Assembly: GCA_051294905.1 (NCBI GenBank)
Contig: CM119377.1
Location: 29,884,001 to 29,948,000 of the forward strand
Direction: 5' to 3'
Length of the DNA stretch: 64,000 nt
Source: Botryllus schlosseri
Lineage: Eukaryota
In this document: piece after piece, positions 1 through 14,200 of the stretch
Layout of the letters: each line of letters begins with the position of its first letter
How positions within the stretch are numbered: the first letter of the stretch is position 1
Position numbers and translations under genes: made by a program
Notes under the pieces: generated by a model
What the model was told of the DNA's origin: nothing
What the model saw: only the letters and a program-made list of their open reading frames with translations
Databases searched by the model: none

Positions 1-162
1 TAGCCAACGGCAAACGCAAAGCTTATTAATTTATTTCTATCGACTTAGTAAGCACCAACCAGTGTTATGAAAATTATTGTGCAACTATTTTCTTGTCGCG
101 TGAACCGCGAAGTTTTTTCGATTCAAGGAATAAATTCTGCGCGAAAATACTCTACCTTGTAC

Positions 163-1100
163 CAGTGTTGGGATCAAGTCACTACCTTCGATTCACGAGT
201 CATTTCGAGTCATTGCACATTTTGACTCGAGTCAAGTCAAGACAATCTATTTTCGAAGGTGACTCGAGTCAAGTCAAGTCACTCGATTTTTGGAGGTGAC
301 TCGAGTCAAGTCGAGTCAAGTCAAGTCAAGTCACTAGTCAAGTCACAATTCAAGTCAAGTTGCCCTTTCAAAGTATGGGGCATGATAACGTCATTGCATT
401 TAAATAGCTGTCTGAAATACAGATTGAGTGGTCATTGATTTTGAACCGATCAACGAATACAGTGTTAAATATACACGTAAGAAGGCGCTGTATCGCTCAC
501 ATATACATAGAACTGCTAAAACACAGTTTATAGTTACCAGCCAAAATAGATAGAATACGAATAGATACGAACTGGTAGGAAGCAATACATTACCCATTTG
601 CAAATCGATATGATACAATTCGAGCCTGCGCCAATGGTGGAGGACAATATAAACTATATTCGAATTCAATTTCAATAAAACAAGAAGTTTGGTTAAGGTA
701 AAAACAGAGATTAATTACTTTACTGTACTAGTTTACGACAACGTAACCTGTAAGCTTCGATCACTTCATTTGCGGTCAATTTATTTGTGAGGGAACAATG
801 GAGGCTCAGTAAAACGCACGATCATTAAATGATTGGTCGCTCTCACGGTTACGCCAGTGTTTCGCGAACAATCCGAACATATGCAAGATTCAGTGATTTT
901 TATCGACATCGATTACTTGATGACTTGAAATTGACTCGTGAATTTTGCTCCGAGTCACGAGTCAATCCATATTTCTGATACGCCGAGTCAAGTCAAGTCA
1001 AGTCATTTTAGCAAAGTGACTCGAGTCAAGTCAAGTCATTTGAAAAAGGTGACTCGAGTCTGACTCGAGTCAAGTCATGACTCGAGTCATCCCAACACTG
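163..1100. mobile_element. Non-autonomous hAT-type MITE with iterated GACTCGAGTC/CAAGT subterminal motifs
   Basis: 12-bp TIR CAGTGTTGGGAT at both ends; 8-bp TSD CCTTGTAC (155-162) / CCTTATAC (1101-1108), 7/8 match. Confidence 0.8.
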
Positions 1101-1715
1101 CCTTATACTGAATGATGATATAATGTCGGGCCATCATCCAGTTTGGTTCTAAAATAAGTTGGCTGAACTTTTTTCCAATTCATTTTTTTTCAGTATCGTG
1201 TGAATTTTGTAGAACATGCTTCACGGTTCTAGGAAATTCTCTCGCAGACCCCAACAGGAGCGCGCACCCCAGTTTGAGAACCACTGAGCTACATAGAAAT
1301 GACTAGTCTGGACATGATAACTTCAATAAAAAATCTTGTTTCTTCATTTTGGTGCCATATATGTTGCGATCATACCCAAATACGTCGTCGGAAGCGTCGG
1401 ACGGCATTGTTACACCTTCCACCACCACCATCCACCACCACCTTTCACCACCCATCTTTGTGGATATGGATTTACGGCACTCCTTCATATCAATTCGAAG
1501 GAGTGAATTTTCAAGACATGACCACATATTTCGAGTAGGTCCAAAAGGGGTCTGCGAAGACAAAAAAGTCGATAGCCACTGTTCTAAGCCTACATATATA
1601 CGGAGATCCGGATCCAGATATGACGTGAATTAAGTTGGATCAGTTAGGGTTGCATATATTTTTTATTAAGATCTGAGGAAGATAGTGGAATAAAGATATA
1701 TGAGGATATATGTAT

Positions 1716-2309
1716 CAGGGTTGTAACCAAGTCACAAGGCTCCGAGTCACAAGTCAATCTCACTTTTATAGTTTTGACTCGAGTCAAGTCGAGTCATTTT
1801 CAATTCTCACCGAGTCAATTCCGAGTCCAAGTCATCGTGCAGAGGTTCGAGTCCGAGTCATAGTATTATGACTCGAGTCCGAGTCCAAGTCATTCTGTTG
1901 ACTGCTCAGTTTCCAGTGAAAATCTTGCTAAACCTACTTTTATAACTATGTTTGGTGATAGCAAATGGTTTGCATTACAAGATACTAATTTTCCTCACTT
2001 TTAGCAGTTTCTGGTCGCATTTCCAAGTACTAGTACTAATAGACGAAGTGCTAATAGGGTGGTTACGTTACTATTCTTCGAAATTACAATGAAATGTCGG
2101 CCTCGGCCGTCTGAGTCTTAAGTCATATGACTTGGTTCTAGTCATGTGCAATGACTCGAGTCCAAGTCGAGCCAATACACAGATTGACTCGAGTCGAGTC
2201 GAGTCATTTCCTTCTTTTGAGAAAATGACTCGAGTCAAGTCGAGTCATCAGAAAATCGTGACTCGAGTCGGACTCGAGTCGAGTCATGACTCGAGTCATT
2301 ACAACCCTG
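1716..2309. mobile_element. Non-autonomous hAT-type MITE (GACTCGAGTC-motif family); partial copy at ~12074-12238
   Basis: TIR CAGGGTTGTAA...TTACAACCCTG; perfect 8-bp TSD ATATGTAT (1708-1715, 2310-2317). Confidence 0.85.
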
Positions 2310-4600
2310 ATATGTATACTATCGTATACTATGTACAGTACACGAACCAAAACCTTCGAGCGGCTCGCACCATTCTTAGACAACCGATATGGATCATGTG
2401 AAATAGTCATGCCTTCCATACCCCATATTAGACGATGTAAACTATCTTGCTCAAACACGATCGGCCGTATATATATATTTTATGTTTCGTCGTTTGGGAA
2501 GGGAAACATGGATTTTGATCTTGAAATGGATGTTTCACAGATCCTTTCTCGTGCAACCGAGAAGATGCGGCTAGCAATTCGAAGCTCAAACGAAAAGTAA
2601 TTTAACTGTAGAGATATCGTGTCGTTTTTCAAAAGGTTCACCGTGAGGAATCTCTAGCAAGTAGTGATGATGTGAACGCGAGGCTCACGTTCGCGCTCTC
2701 AGACATGGGGTAATCGCGATTAGTATTCGTAATCGATTACGACGATTACAGCATTTTGAAGTAATCGCAATCGCAATCGATTACATTCGAAAAAATTACG
2801 AAGTAATCGTAATCGACTACTTTCCATTTCCAATCGATTTTTTTGTGAAAGAAGGATTACTTTTTATTCGTACAAGGACTATCACGTTGACTGAACAGTT
2901 GTGAACAAGGAAGCGATATTATACCAGGTTAGTGATAACTGATAACACAAACGTCTGATTTTCAAACGCCACTGCTGATTATTACGTCAGAAGTATTAGC
3001 TTTGCTCGACATTGCGTAATAAGTGTCCACACATAGTAAATAGATATTAGAATTGGATGTACTTGTACATTGTAGTGTGATTGTAACAACACCCGAAATT
3101 CTACATATCTGGTTATCATTACCCTCGAAACACCACTACCTCGCATCAGGACAATATTCACCACTTTGCCTAGTTTCGAATAGTAACTTATCTATTGATA
3201 TTTGGTTATGCTGAGGTAAACGAAATTTGACCGTTGCTGCTTGGCGAGCAGCAAAGATTTTTAATTTTGTGCTCGACAAATGAAATACTAAGATTTCAAC
3301 AACGAAGCAATGCAAACTGCTGCTACATATCATAACCGAGCCGTTCTTCGCTGTTTCTCGTAACAGCAGCAAGCACTATCTGTATTAAGTGGAAGGCAGG
3401 ATTTATGCTCATTTTATCTTATTCTCTTATGACTATAGTTGAAACGGGCGCCAATCGTTAATTCGCAATTCCTGGACCTGCCGCTATAGCAATCCGCTTA
3501 TACACCATGTTAGCGTGGGATCAGGACCAAAATAGCAATGCGTCCCCCACTATAAGCGTTGGTCTTACGCCTTCATAGGGTGGTTAATTTTCAAGTTGAT
3601 GACGGAATTTCGTCAATAATATTGGTAATTGCATTATGTCACTATAGATTTTTAACCTTTTCTCAGCCCCGATGGTCAGATTTACCAGTAGAGCCGGGGA
3701 CAAGTGATTCATAATTATAGCATCTAGGCTACTATGTTGTTGTTATTATTACTTTATTTGAACAGCTTCTTGGAGGTACAGAACTTCAGTATACAGTTGA
3801 ATAGTATATTCATATTGAAATGAATATACAATTCAATTATACTTTATTGTGTGTTGTTAATTCGTGACCTCCCGTCTGTTATAAAATCAAAAGATATTAT
3901 AATCGCCCAAACGTGGCAGACTAAAAGAAAAACTTTCGTGAGACGCACACTCAAATTGTCATGTCTTCATTCCTCTGTGAGTGCCTGGGGTGGCGTTTCT
4001 ATTGTGGGGCTCAGTTTGGAAGGATAGGGCTATTCGTTGCATGAACCTCAGAAATTTGGAGGTTCCCGTTCACAAACGAACCTGGGTAGGTTCTGCACTG
4101 TGAACCGTTTTCATGTATTACAATTTTTCACGTCATTATAACGTCTTTGGTTGAAATTCTTTTCGTTCCAACTCCGGACCGCTCTCCGAACGGCGCTGGC
4201 AGCACGAAAAGAAATTCAGCACAAATGAACATGCACCTGGCCAATTTCAAATAACTATTTGTTGGAAAGTTTGTCGGAATATTCAGCTTTCCGTTTGAAT
4301 CTTTAGTTACTCTCTGCAATGAACTTTGCCCGTAATCACGCAATATCAATAATGAAATACACTACATTTTGGGACTTCGCAAATTGTGTTAAGTCAACCA
4401 ATCAATTATTCACATCAACGAAATTGATATAAAGCATGCATCGATATCTAATATAAAAAATCTTCCAGGGGACGGTATATATATTAATTTGATATTGCAT
4501 CATAAAAACCAATGCGCTAATACGAAGGCTGTATATATTTCATCCGTAACAACTACCATATGATCAGGACGGAATACAAGAAAAACGCATCGCTCTGTCA

Positions 4601-4991
4601 GAGTGCTTCTCAAACTGGGGAGCACGCCCCACTCGGGGGACGTGAGAGCTTCCGAAGGGGGACGCGAAGCCGCCTGAGATAATAATGATGTTTATTGAAC
4701 TTTATGAATTCAACTTGTGCTGAAACTCCCAACTTTTAACAACGGCAATATTCTTTTTTTTGAGTAGTGCGCGATTTACCTCCACCTCGTAATTGTTGAT
4801 CTGTGTATAATCTGAATTTCAAGTGATAATTCTCTCATCGGTCATAACCTTCCATGATATCAAACTATGCGTTGGAATTGTAAACATTCTGGTCGGTCTT
4901 CATAACATGTTTTTGATATGACTATAAGAGGGTAGCACAATTTTTCACTATCGTCAAGGCGGGCGTGTCTAAAAAAGTTTGAGAACCACTG
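4601..4991. mobile_element. hAT (Charlie-like) MITE
   Basis: Degenerate TIR GAGTGCTTCTCAAAC / GTTTGAGAACCACTG; TSD CTCTGTCA / CTCTATCA (7/8). Confidence 0.7.
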
Positions 4992-5032
4992 CTCTATCAA
5001 GTATGCCGGAACTCAGGGGTGAAACATAATCT

Positions 5033-5345
5033 TGTCGGCTATCCGACAGCGTCCAGCATGTCCTTTCCACATTCAAGTCGAAATACAAGCAATTTCTACT
5101 GCAAGAATACGAGTCAGCCCTGAAAATTACCGGACCTCGATCTGACATATCGATCTCGCCCATCGACACATGCGTCATTCATTTTCATCACGAGTCGTTT
5201 TATGTTGACGCTCATTTCTTTGCATCCAGTGTGCATGCCTCTTATTTACAAGACTGCTCCGAGTCGCTTCGACACCTCCCTATCTTTTCATTGTCTTGTG
5301 CTGTATTGAACTGATGAAATTAATGATAAACAGATACTTATACTG
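5033..5345 (+). mobile_element. 3' end of L2/CR1-group LINE (diverged copy)
   Basis: Encodes LSTFKSKYKQFLL like the ORF2 end at 58920-59228, followed by the same 3' UTR as copies at 10.9, 58.7 and 62.3 kb. Confidence 0.6.
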
Positions 5346-5695
5346 ATAAGAGTGACCGAAGAACAGGAATCCATTTCTTGAAGTTTATCTCAATTCGACA
5401 TTGTGATTGCTGACCCATACGAGCGTGTCCAAAATGCATCGCAACTCTATGGCATTGTGCGGAAGCACAGCTTCAAACATGACAGGCGTACTGACTCTAA
5501 TTTTCGTTTCCTACAAATGATTTTGAGGGCACGGTGGATATAGTAGCGTGGTGACACATTGTAAATCTATCGTGAATTTATCAGATTTCCACCATAGTGT
5601 ATACAACAAACACACCAGTCTCAGAGGTATATTCCAGGGATGCTTTTGGATGGTAAACCATTACCAGTGCTGTCGAAATATCAAGAATACTAAAT

Positions 5696-5742
5696 AACAA
5701 CAAAAACAAAAACAACAAAAACAACAACAACAGCAACAGCAA
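5696..5742 (+). repeat. Imperfect (CAA)n/(CAG) microsatellite
   Basis: Direct reading of sequence. Confidence 0.8.
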
Positions 5743-8700
5743 CTGCAAATTTTCACACAAGGAATAACTATATAAACCTTTGGTGCACGCAATGTCAGAA
5801 TGACTCACAGATATTTTGCTTGTCAAGTCATACCACCACGTATGTAGCGAAATAGACTAAAATGGATTGTTTACAATAAACTTATCTCTGCAGCGTTGTG
5901 TCAACTAATTTACCGCGCTTCACGAGGCCACAACGATCAAAGGTCGCAAATTCATCGGCAAAGTTTACTGTTTCGCACCATTTGTATCGACGTAAGTTGA
6001 GCAGGGAATCGTGTTTGACCTCATGTATATCTACTACACATTCGTGTGAACATATGTATTGCATGACATCTTATGCTTTGTTTTACATATGTACAGCATA
6101 TGAGAACTTGACAAGACAATATGCTTAGTGAAGTTTCGCGGTTTAAAAACGGCCAAACTCAGCACTAAAAGCGTTCTAGTCACATTATGACATAGGACAC
6201 TGGACAATGCCAAGGAGGTGAACTTGTCATCGCTTTGCAGCATTCTCTCAGATAACATTGAACACCCCAGCCAATCTAATCTACCTCACAACGCTTCTGC
6301 GCAATTGAACTCTGCAACAGGTGATGAATTATTTATAAAGATCTTCAACGGCCCTTGATTGTCCAAATTCTGACATTCGTGCCGACCCAAATGTCGCTGC
6401 ACTCAATAAAACTCCTCGGCGTAATGATCTGTACTTGAAATGGCACATTTCGGCTGTATTGTGACGGTGTATTTTACTTTTTTTTCGCGAGAACACCTTT
6501 TGATATCATTTCATACACGCAGTCAGATTCGCTAACTCATATTCTATGCGTCTCTCATATAGCACTTGAGTATCACACACGACAAGCGATCTTTCTCTTT
6601 ACCATTACGATCTGGCTATGCTAAGTTACTTACAAATGTTGAATTTGAATATCCGAAATGTACCTTTGACTTTTTTCTGTGCAAGGCGATGACTCAATGT
6701 AAACTTATCGTATTGAAGCTGAGAATTGCGTCACTTAAGACTATTGGTCAAACCCGTTCCAAATACCTTCCGGCTTCCTAAAACGCAGCATATACCTACC
6801 ATTATAAATCCGACGTGGATAATTATGAAAGTGGTCGATGGAGCACTACAATATTTCGAAAAGGCATGAGTTTTGTTACGTGTGTACTGTCAGTTGCGGT
6901 TTTTTATTGGGTTGAATAATAATTTCCCCTCTACGTTTGTATATCCGTAACGTTTTATGATGTCGATAGCGTGATCTACCTGGGAATTTGCGTTAGTAGT
7001 GACGCATTGCACGATCTCCACAAACTCGAAATATAGGCCGACACATCTTTTGATGATTCAACATGAACAGCAATTACGTCTACATCCGTTGCTAACTCTG
7101 GTATAATATTGAATTATCGTATTTCTGAGCGAGTTAGTATCCTGGTAAAAGCATTTCTATTCGGTAATGATCGCTGCGGAATGCAGTGATGTGTGGTGAT
7201 TGTCATGCGAGGTATAATAAGCACGAAATGACGTAGAACAGAAATTCCCTGACATTTCATCCATGTACCAATTGTACCATGTTTTAAGCTTTTGCCTAAT
7301 CTTCGTTTACGCTCCGTTATATCTGACCATGATTCAAGTGATGGCCCTATCATTGAAGGGGGCCAGTGAAACTTCCGACCCCCATATTTATATACACGCA
7401 GTCTTCAACCCGACTCAACGGAGTCGTTGCTTTATCTAAAACAGAAAAGCAAACACGATATGTAGCGCCGGAGTACAAACGACAGTACAGGGTACATCAC
7501 AGTGATTTATGCGTCACGTACATATACAAGAAGCATCGCTTACAAACAGCCCGGTGGATGCACGTCGCATTTTGGTATTTGTATTTTTTTGTTGGACCGA
7601 GCAATTCTTCCTCTCTCTCTCTTCTATACAGAGGAAATTGCAGCCATCTGTATAATATGAGAATTGAACAAGGACATGGTAACATTCAGCCGGTTGAAAG
7701 ACATGATTTTTATTGCTGAAAATGTGCCAGAGCTATAAATACGCTTCTGACTACAACATTATATATTGCATGTACTGTACACAGATTTTTATAATCACAG
7801 GATTGTGTATAGCCTATGTAGCTGTTTAATATAAAATCAATCACAAAGTTCAAGATATGCGGTTTTCATGTGTGAAAGTAATCACAAAAACAGTGGCAAT
7901 GGAAAATCAAAAGGCAAAAGTTCATACTTTTGAAGAAAATAACATTTGTTATTATTGGCCTTTCCTCGCGGTATGCCCGACCCAATAGGGTCTGTATAGC
8001 GTTAGGCTAGGTTTCGTGTACGTTATTCAAGACATTCGACTTTGCTCTTTTCTATCGTTTTGCCACCCGAGGACTCTTAGGCTAGCTCTCAGTTATATCT
8101 TCCAGTATCCTCACTAGCCCCTCATCGTTCTGCGTCCTTCTTCTCAGTTTTAGTCTTCTTGTTATCGATTTGGTAATCCAGTCGTGTTCCATTTTCCAAC
8201 TCTAATATTACGTTTTATTTCTTACTGTCCTTACCGCTTATGACACCACAATTTTAAAAAAAAAGATCAAGTAAATGAAAACTATTATACGGGTACAAAA
8301 TCATATCGGCCTGGTGTAAGCTTACCAAATAGTCGAGACATCATGATTCATGAATATTTCAAAGAACTCCAACAACAAACGATGATGACTTCCGTTCTTT
8401 GACAAGATCACTCAACCAAGAGGGGTTTATGGTCATCAAGAATTACTACCGAATCACTCAACATGGATCAAATCATGGACTGTATTTCTACGGCAACAGC
8501 GAAAGAAGAATGATTTATTCCTAACAGCTAACACAACAAAAGTACCTACAGAAAATAAAAAGAACAAATACCGGTATATTACTAATCATCACTTGTCCCA
8601 GAAGTTACGTAACGAAGGCATAGCTTCATGCTTATGGCAACACGGTATTTATGAATTATTACCATGAACTATTTCATTTTATAGATGGAATATAACCTAA

Positions 8701-10306
8701 TGCAGCAGTTTAAAAAGTAGGCGATTTTGAGAGAAAGGAGTACAAAAAGTGTTCAAATAAGTTTGAGTGCTTACAAGCAAACCACTTGAGTAAGTCGACA
8801 TTATATTATTGAATACCACGGAAAAGTATAGAATGATAATGACCCCCTTACTGATGACCTCTAGTTTACAGGGGATACAGATATGTTGAACTTGAGTCGA
8901 AAAAACACCGACCTAGAAGACATTGCGGAAATAGCAAAAAATCATCCTACGTAGGCCCAATACTATAGGGTTACCATATTTTGCAAATCTTAAAAAAAGG
9001 TCAACTTTCTGGCTCAACTCTCAAAAATACAGTTTTTTTCTTTCACGTCATCAGGAAGTTGACTAAAAATAGGTCAACTTTCTCGCTCAGCGCCCGGTTT
9101 TTCTTTCACACTAACGGGTGGTTGACTACAAACAAAAGGGTCAACTTTCCGGCCCAGCTCCCGAAATAGCCGCCGGAGCGTTAATAAAATGCTGACTTAT
9201 TGTGTCTCAATCGTATTTGGCCCTATATCTAACCAAAATTGTGTAATATGACGATAATGGGAGCACGAAATATTTCACTGTTATAAAGAGGGACGTGTCT
9301 AAAAAAAGTTACAGAACCAGTGGTCTAAGCTAAATCTTGCTATTTCAAAAGTGGATGAACAGCAAATAAACTCTTCTGAAACCTGTGCTGAACCATTTCC
9401 TGCACCGCAGTCAGAGTTTTTTAATCTCTGACCGGTACTGAGGTTTGCTGCAACAATTGCAAAAGGGAATTCAAGTTTTCCCCAGGGATTCATCAAACTT
9501 GATCACGCATTTGTACAGATGTTATCCCAATCTTAGCCAAATTTACTGGTGCCAGAAACTTTTTGAGTTTTTGAGCAAGTGAAAACGTAAATGCCAACCC
9601 ACATTTTTTAATTCGTTGTTATCAGGAGCTTCTTCCCTTTTGCATTTATTTTAATTTTACACTCCTTATCAGTATCATCTTTATCGCCGACGCCTTACCA
9701 ATTACATTCCATTTGCCCTACTCAGCTCTGAGTATTCGTTTGATTACATTTCATTGACTGTCTTGTAGCGTATTCGCTGTGAGTCGCTCAAACTTTTAAT
9801 TGTTAATAATCGCTGGAAATTTTTTTTGTGTTTGTACTTTTCAGTATTATGATTAGGAATAGTTCGAACATGTCCGAGTTTTTTTTTTTTAATAAAGGGT
9901 ATTCTACGTATCATGAATGAAACATGAATAGCTTGAGATTGTTGCTGATTACGTCACTGCGGTTGTCAAAGAGCACCTCTCTACCGAATCAATTACATGT
10001 TTAACAGTAATTGTAATTGTAATTTGATATTTTTAGCGTTGAGTAATTTAATTGTAATATAATTGAAACATGCAATGAAGAAATGGTAAAGGGTTGCCAT
10101 ATTTTGGGAATATGAAAAAAGCACACTTTTTCGAAATCTTCAGACTTACAAAGCTGGCGTAAAATCTGGAAAATTGGTAAATCTATTTCGAGTTTATGGA
10201 CTAAAAAAGGTCAACTTTCCGGCTCAACTCCCCAAATTCTCGCCGGAACGTTACTTGAGTTCTGGATTCGTATATCTCAGTCGAATTTTCACCTACGTTT
10301 AACCAA

Positions 10307-10570
10307 ACCGAGCGAGGTAGTGTAATGGTTATGCGTCCGGCTTCTCGAGCGGTAGGTCGTGGGTTCGATCCCCGTCCGGGTCATACCAAAGACTCGAAAA
10401 TTGGTATCCGCAGCTATCCTGCTAGGCGCTCAGCAATCACGGATAGCATGGAGGAGAAAAAAAACCGGGGGCGCAGACTAGATGACCTCATGGGGCCGTA
10501 TCGCAACTCCGTCGTCAAAGCATCTCGATGGTGCAGGCGAAAAAAAATATCATATCTCTCTCTATCTCTC
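10307..10570 (+). mobile_element. tRNA-derived SINE (core resembles the Meta-SINE type from memory; not verified)
   Basis: Pol III A box (TAGTGTAATGG, ~10318) and B box (GGTTCGATCCC, 10362); body GTCATACCAAAGACT...; (CT)n tail; second copy at 62391-62654. Confidence 0.8.
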
Positions 10571-10901
10571 AAAATATTCAAAATAGAGGACAAATTCTCA
10601 AAAAATAGCATATTTGGACGTCCTCCGAGGACACTTTAAAAAAGTCAAAAAAGAGGACAAATCCTCTTGAAAAAATTGCGAACGCTGGTTTCAAGATGAA
10701 CAAAACATTGCCGAACTCGCCTACTACTGCCTACAATATGCATTGCTGTCAGAACTTTTGAGAGCATATATTCAATAAAAACTAATCTTCATAGCACTTT
10801 ATGTTACAATAGCTTTCATATGATGACACAGGATGCAAATTTTAAAGTTGACAGAAATGAGCGGCATACTACAATGATTTCCATGAGCAATGGCCTTAAA
10901 C

Positions 10902-10903
<2 letters not shown>

Positions 10904-10948
<45 letters not shown>

Positions 10949-11215
10949 TGGTTTATTAGCAATTTTATCAGTTCAATACACCACAAAAATGCGATACAAT
11001 GAAAAGAAAGGAAGATGTCGAAGCGACTAGGAGTTGTCTATGGAATCGGACACCCACCTTGGCCTAGGCGATGTAAAGAGGAGGCATGCACACTGAATGA
11101 AAGTAAAGAAGATAGTATAGAAAAGGAAGCGACAAGAAATAGGGCGGCTTGTCAGGGGAAGCGAGATCGATAGGTCAGTCGTGGTCCGGTAATCTTGAGG
11201 ATGGACTTGAGTGTC
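10904..11215 (-). mobile_element. LINE 3' UTR with (TGA)n tail
   Basis: Same sequence as 58682-58950, which is attached to L2-type ORF2; AATAAA precedes the (TGA)n tail on the minus strand. Confidence 0.7.
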
Positions 11216-14200
11216 ATACATAAAAAAGCTGAATTGTAACTTGAATTATATATTAGACCAACTTCTACAACATAGCTCATGTACAGACCTACCAAAATTC
11301 TATCAATTTTACGAATGAATGAGCCGGAAAAGCTCGTTTTTTTATCATGCGCCAACTTGAAAAGATGGAAATTGAATTCAAATACTTGAAATTGTGATGT
11401 AGACTACTCAGATATATTTCACAATGACTTGATCCAAATTTGGGTCAAATCTGAAAACTGAAATAGACCAAATAATTTGTTTTAAAGCTATACTGCACTG
11501 AGATGCACCGGTCACTGAAAATATACACTTCTTGTAAACTCTGTAGTAGTTTATTGTCACTTTTATTGTAATTTTAAAAACTGAAAAAAGTGTCTAATAT
11601 TATTTAAAAATATCATGGAAGTGTAATATTCATTTTTGACTTTTTCTGAAAGTGTCCTCGGAGGACGCCCAAATGTCCTCTTTTTGGGATTTTGTCCTCT
11701 TTTTGGGAATTTTTGTTAAATATAGGGCAAAATTCGACTGAGATACAGTATATCTGCACTGAAGTAACGCTCCGGCGGCTATTTCGGGAGCTGGGACGGA
11801 AAGTTGACCGTATTTCTATTTTAGTCAACCAACTGATAATGTGAAAGAAAAACTGTATTTTTGTAGTCAACCCACCAAGAAGTGCAAAAAATAACAGTTT
11901 TTCCGGATTTTCTTCCGGTATTGCAAGTCTGGAAATTTGGAAAAAGTGTCCTCTTATCAGATTTTTAAAGTATGGTAGCACTATTACATAACCAATTAGA
12001 TGAAATGGAGTAGCAGCGAGGCCTTCAGAACTATGCGAATACTTGGTGAGTGAATAGTGGGATACCGGTACCCATGGTTGTAACCAAGTCGCAAGGTTCC
12101 GATTCACAAGTCGATCTCACTTTTATAGTTTTGACGAGTCGAGTCAGTATCAATTCACCACCGAGTCAAGTCCGAGTCCAAGTCAGCGAGAAGAGGGTCG
12201 AGTCCGAGTCATTGCATTGGGACTCAAGTCCGAGTCCTCTTTTAAGTGGATTTGTCCTCTTTTTTTACTTTATTGAAAGTGTCCTTGGAGGACGCCCAAA
12301 TGTCCTCTTTTTTATAATTTTGGTTAAATATAGGGCAAAATTCGACTGAGCTACAGTAAATCAGCACTGAAGTAACGCCCCGGCGGCTATTGTCCGGGAG
12401 CTGAGCTGGGAAGTTGACCTTATCTTTTTAGTCAACCAACGGATAATGTGAACGAAAAAAATCTATGTAATACGGCAGTTGAGCCGGAAAGTTGACTCTT
12501 TTTTAGTCAACCAACCACGAAGTGGTAAAAATTGATCATTTTTTCGGGATTTTGAAAAGTGTCCTCTTTTCATATTTCCAAAATATGCTAACCCTAAGTA
12601 AAGGGATTCTGTTGCTGACATAGGTCGACCAAGGCCCCGGTGTTTCAACAGTTGAACTTTGCTATTCCCACCGCGTGTAGGAGGTTAGCTTACAAAATCT
12701 GGATTCATTGAATATTCTCCATTCAATTGGTTGGGTATCACCTCGAATCACAGTGAAATCGTACATACTTCGGAAATTTGAAATCCACTTTAAGGTCAAT
12801 TTGATAGCAAGTCAATATTGCATATATTCAGAAATCATCCATCTAAACACCACGCTATATACATGTATACGGAAAACTGCTAGTTCGTATTGTTGACTTG
12901 TTGAAACGCGGGTCATTAAGCTACTGGATCCGCGTGGTATAGAATTCACAACCTGCATGCATTCACATATGCATAGAAGCAATAAACTAGGACTCGGACA
13001 CTCAACCTATTGGTGTTGCGGCTGTGGCAAGAACCACTACGTTAATCTCGCCACACGACCGTTCAATGGCTCTCGAAATTAACTCAGTCACGGACTACTT
13101 ACTGGATTCTGTCAGGCTCACGGATGCATGAATCCTTCTTTTGATTGTTTGTAGTGTAATTTGCGCTCAAACCGCTAACCTGTAGACAATCTTTAAAACT
13201 CGTCGAGTTATAGACTGATGACAATATCTGGCCATCAACAATATGCTACCTGTCGCAACACTGCATTATATATTAATGTTTTCAAATCGAGTTTGAAACT
13301 ATCACATCCGTTTCACAAATGGTAATCCTAAAGCAGGCGCGGTCAACCCAAGGCCCGTCGGCCACATGTGGCCCGCGAGGCAATTCTTGAAATTATTATA
13401 GTATCAGAAATATATCACCCAGGTAATTTATAGTGAACTGGCAAGGCCAAAAATTAGCCTGACCGCAAAATACGTTCCGACGCTTGGCGTAGCGAGGGCC
13501 CAGCCACATTTTTCGTAGATCACCGTATATGACCATGAAGTAGAATATTTCGGTTAGATTTATTTGACTTTATATTTTTCTTGGCGCTTTGCTCGATTTA
13601 TTGTCACTCAATTACCTACTTTTAGTAGGGGTACCCTCTCCTGAAAATTTGAAATACGCCCAATTTACAGAGTTGGGTCTAGCTATATTCGCAATTATGA
13701 GAGAACGTGTCGCCCAACATGCGACATCACGTCAACACTCGCAGAAAGATCGTTGGCGATGAAACCGAGGCACAAAATGATAAACGCATGTTCGCCCCGA
13801 ATAATCCAGTCCTTCTTAAATTAGCCCAGTGGTATACAGACTACAGGGGCGATGGTCCGCAATATATGAAAGTACCATTATTATTGACCGAATTCATTGA
13901 TTAACTTTGAAAAAATTCCGCGCCTGTCGCGGCTAGTATGACAACAATTTTGACTGGATTTTAATGACATAATTCTTGTCGATTTTGATGCGTAGTAATA
14001 TAAATCTTGATTTCACCGATACCTAATCCGGCTCGCTCTTATTGGCCGACTATCAAAAGGTCACCAATATTGAAGTGGCCTGCAAACTTATTTAGCGCAT
14101 AATCATGGAGTGTCCCCTGCAGCATTCGTCAGTGAATGGCCGACCCTTTTACACTCGTGGAAGCATTAGGTAGCCTAATGTTTGACTACAGTGATGTCAT

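Larger units (their letters stand above)
8966..12596. repeat. Cluster of fragments of a TAGGGTT(A/G)CCATAT-ended MITE family (approx. 8966-9185 +, 10089-10255 and 10571-10690 +, 11620-11985 -, 12240-12596 -)
   Basis: Shared termini and shared internal motifs GGTCAACTTTCCGGC and AAAGAGGACA; no matching TSD pair found. Confidence 0.55.

Noticed and set aside
10307-10385. tRNA gene
   Set aside because: A and B boxes are present, but the sequence runs into a SINE body that recurs at 62391-62654; no complete cloverleaf could be supported.
10820-11002. Poly-histidine ORF
   Set aside because: It is the (CAT)n reverse complement of a LINE (TGA)n tail.
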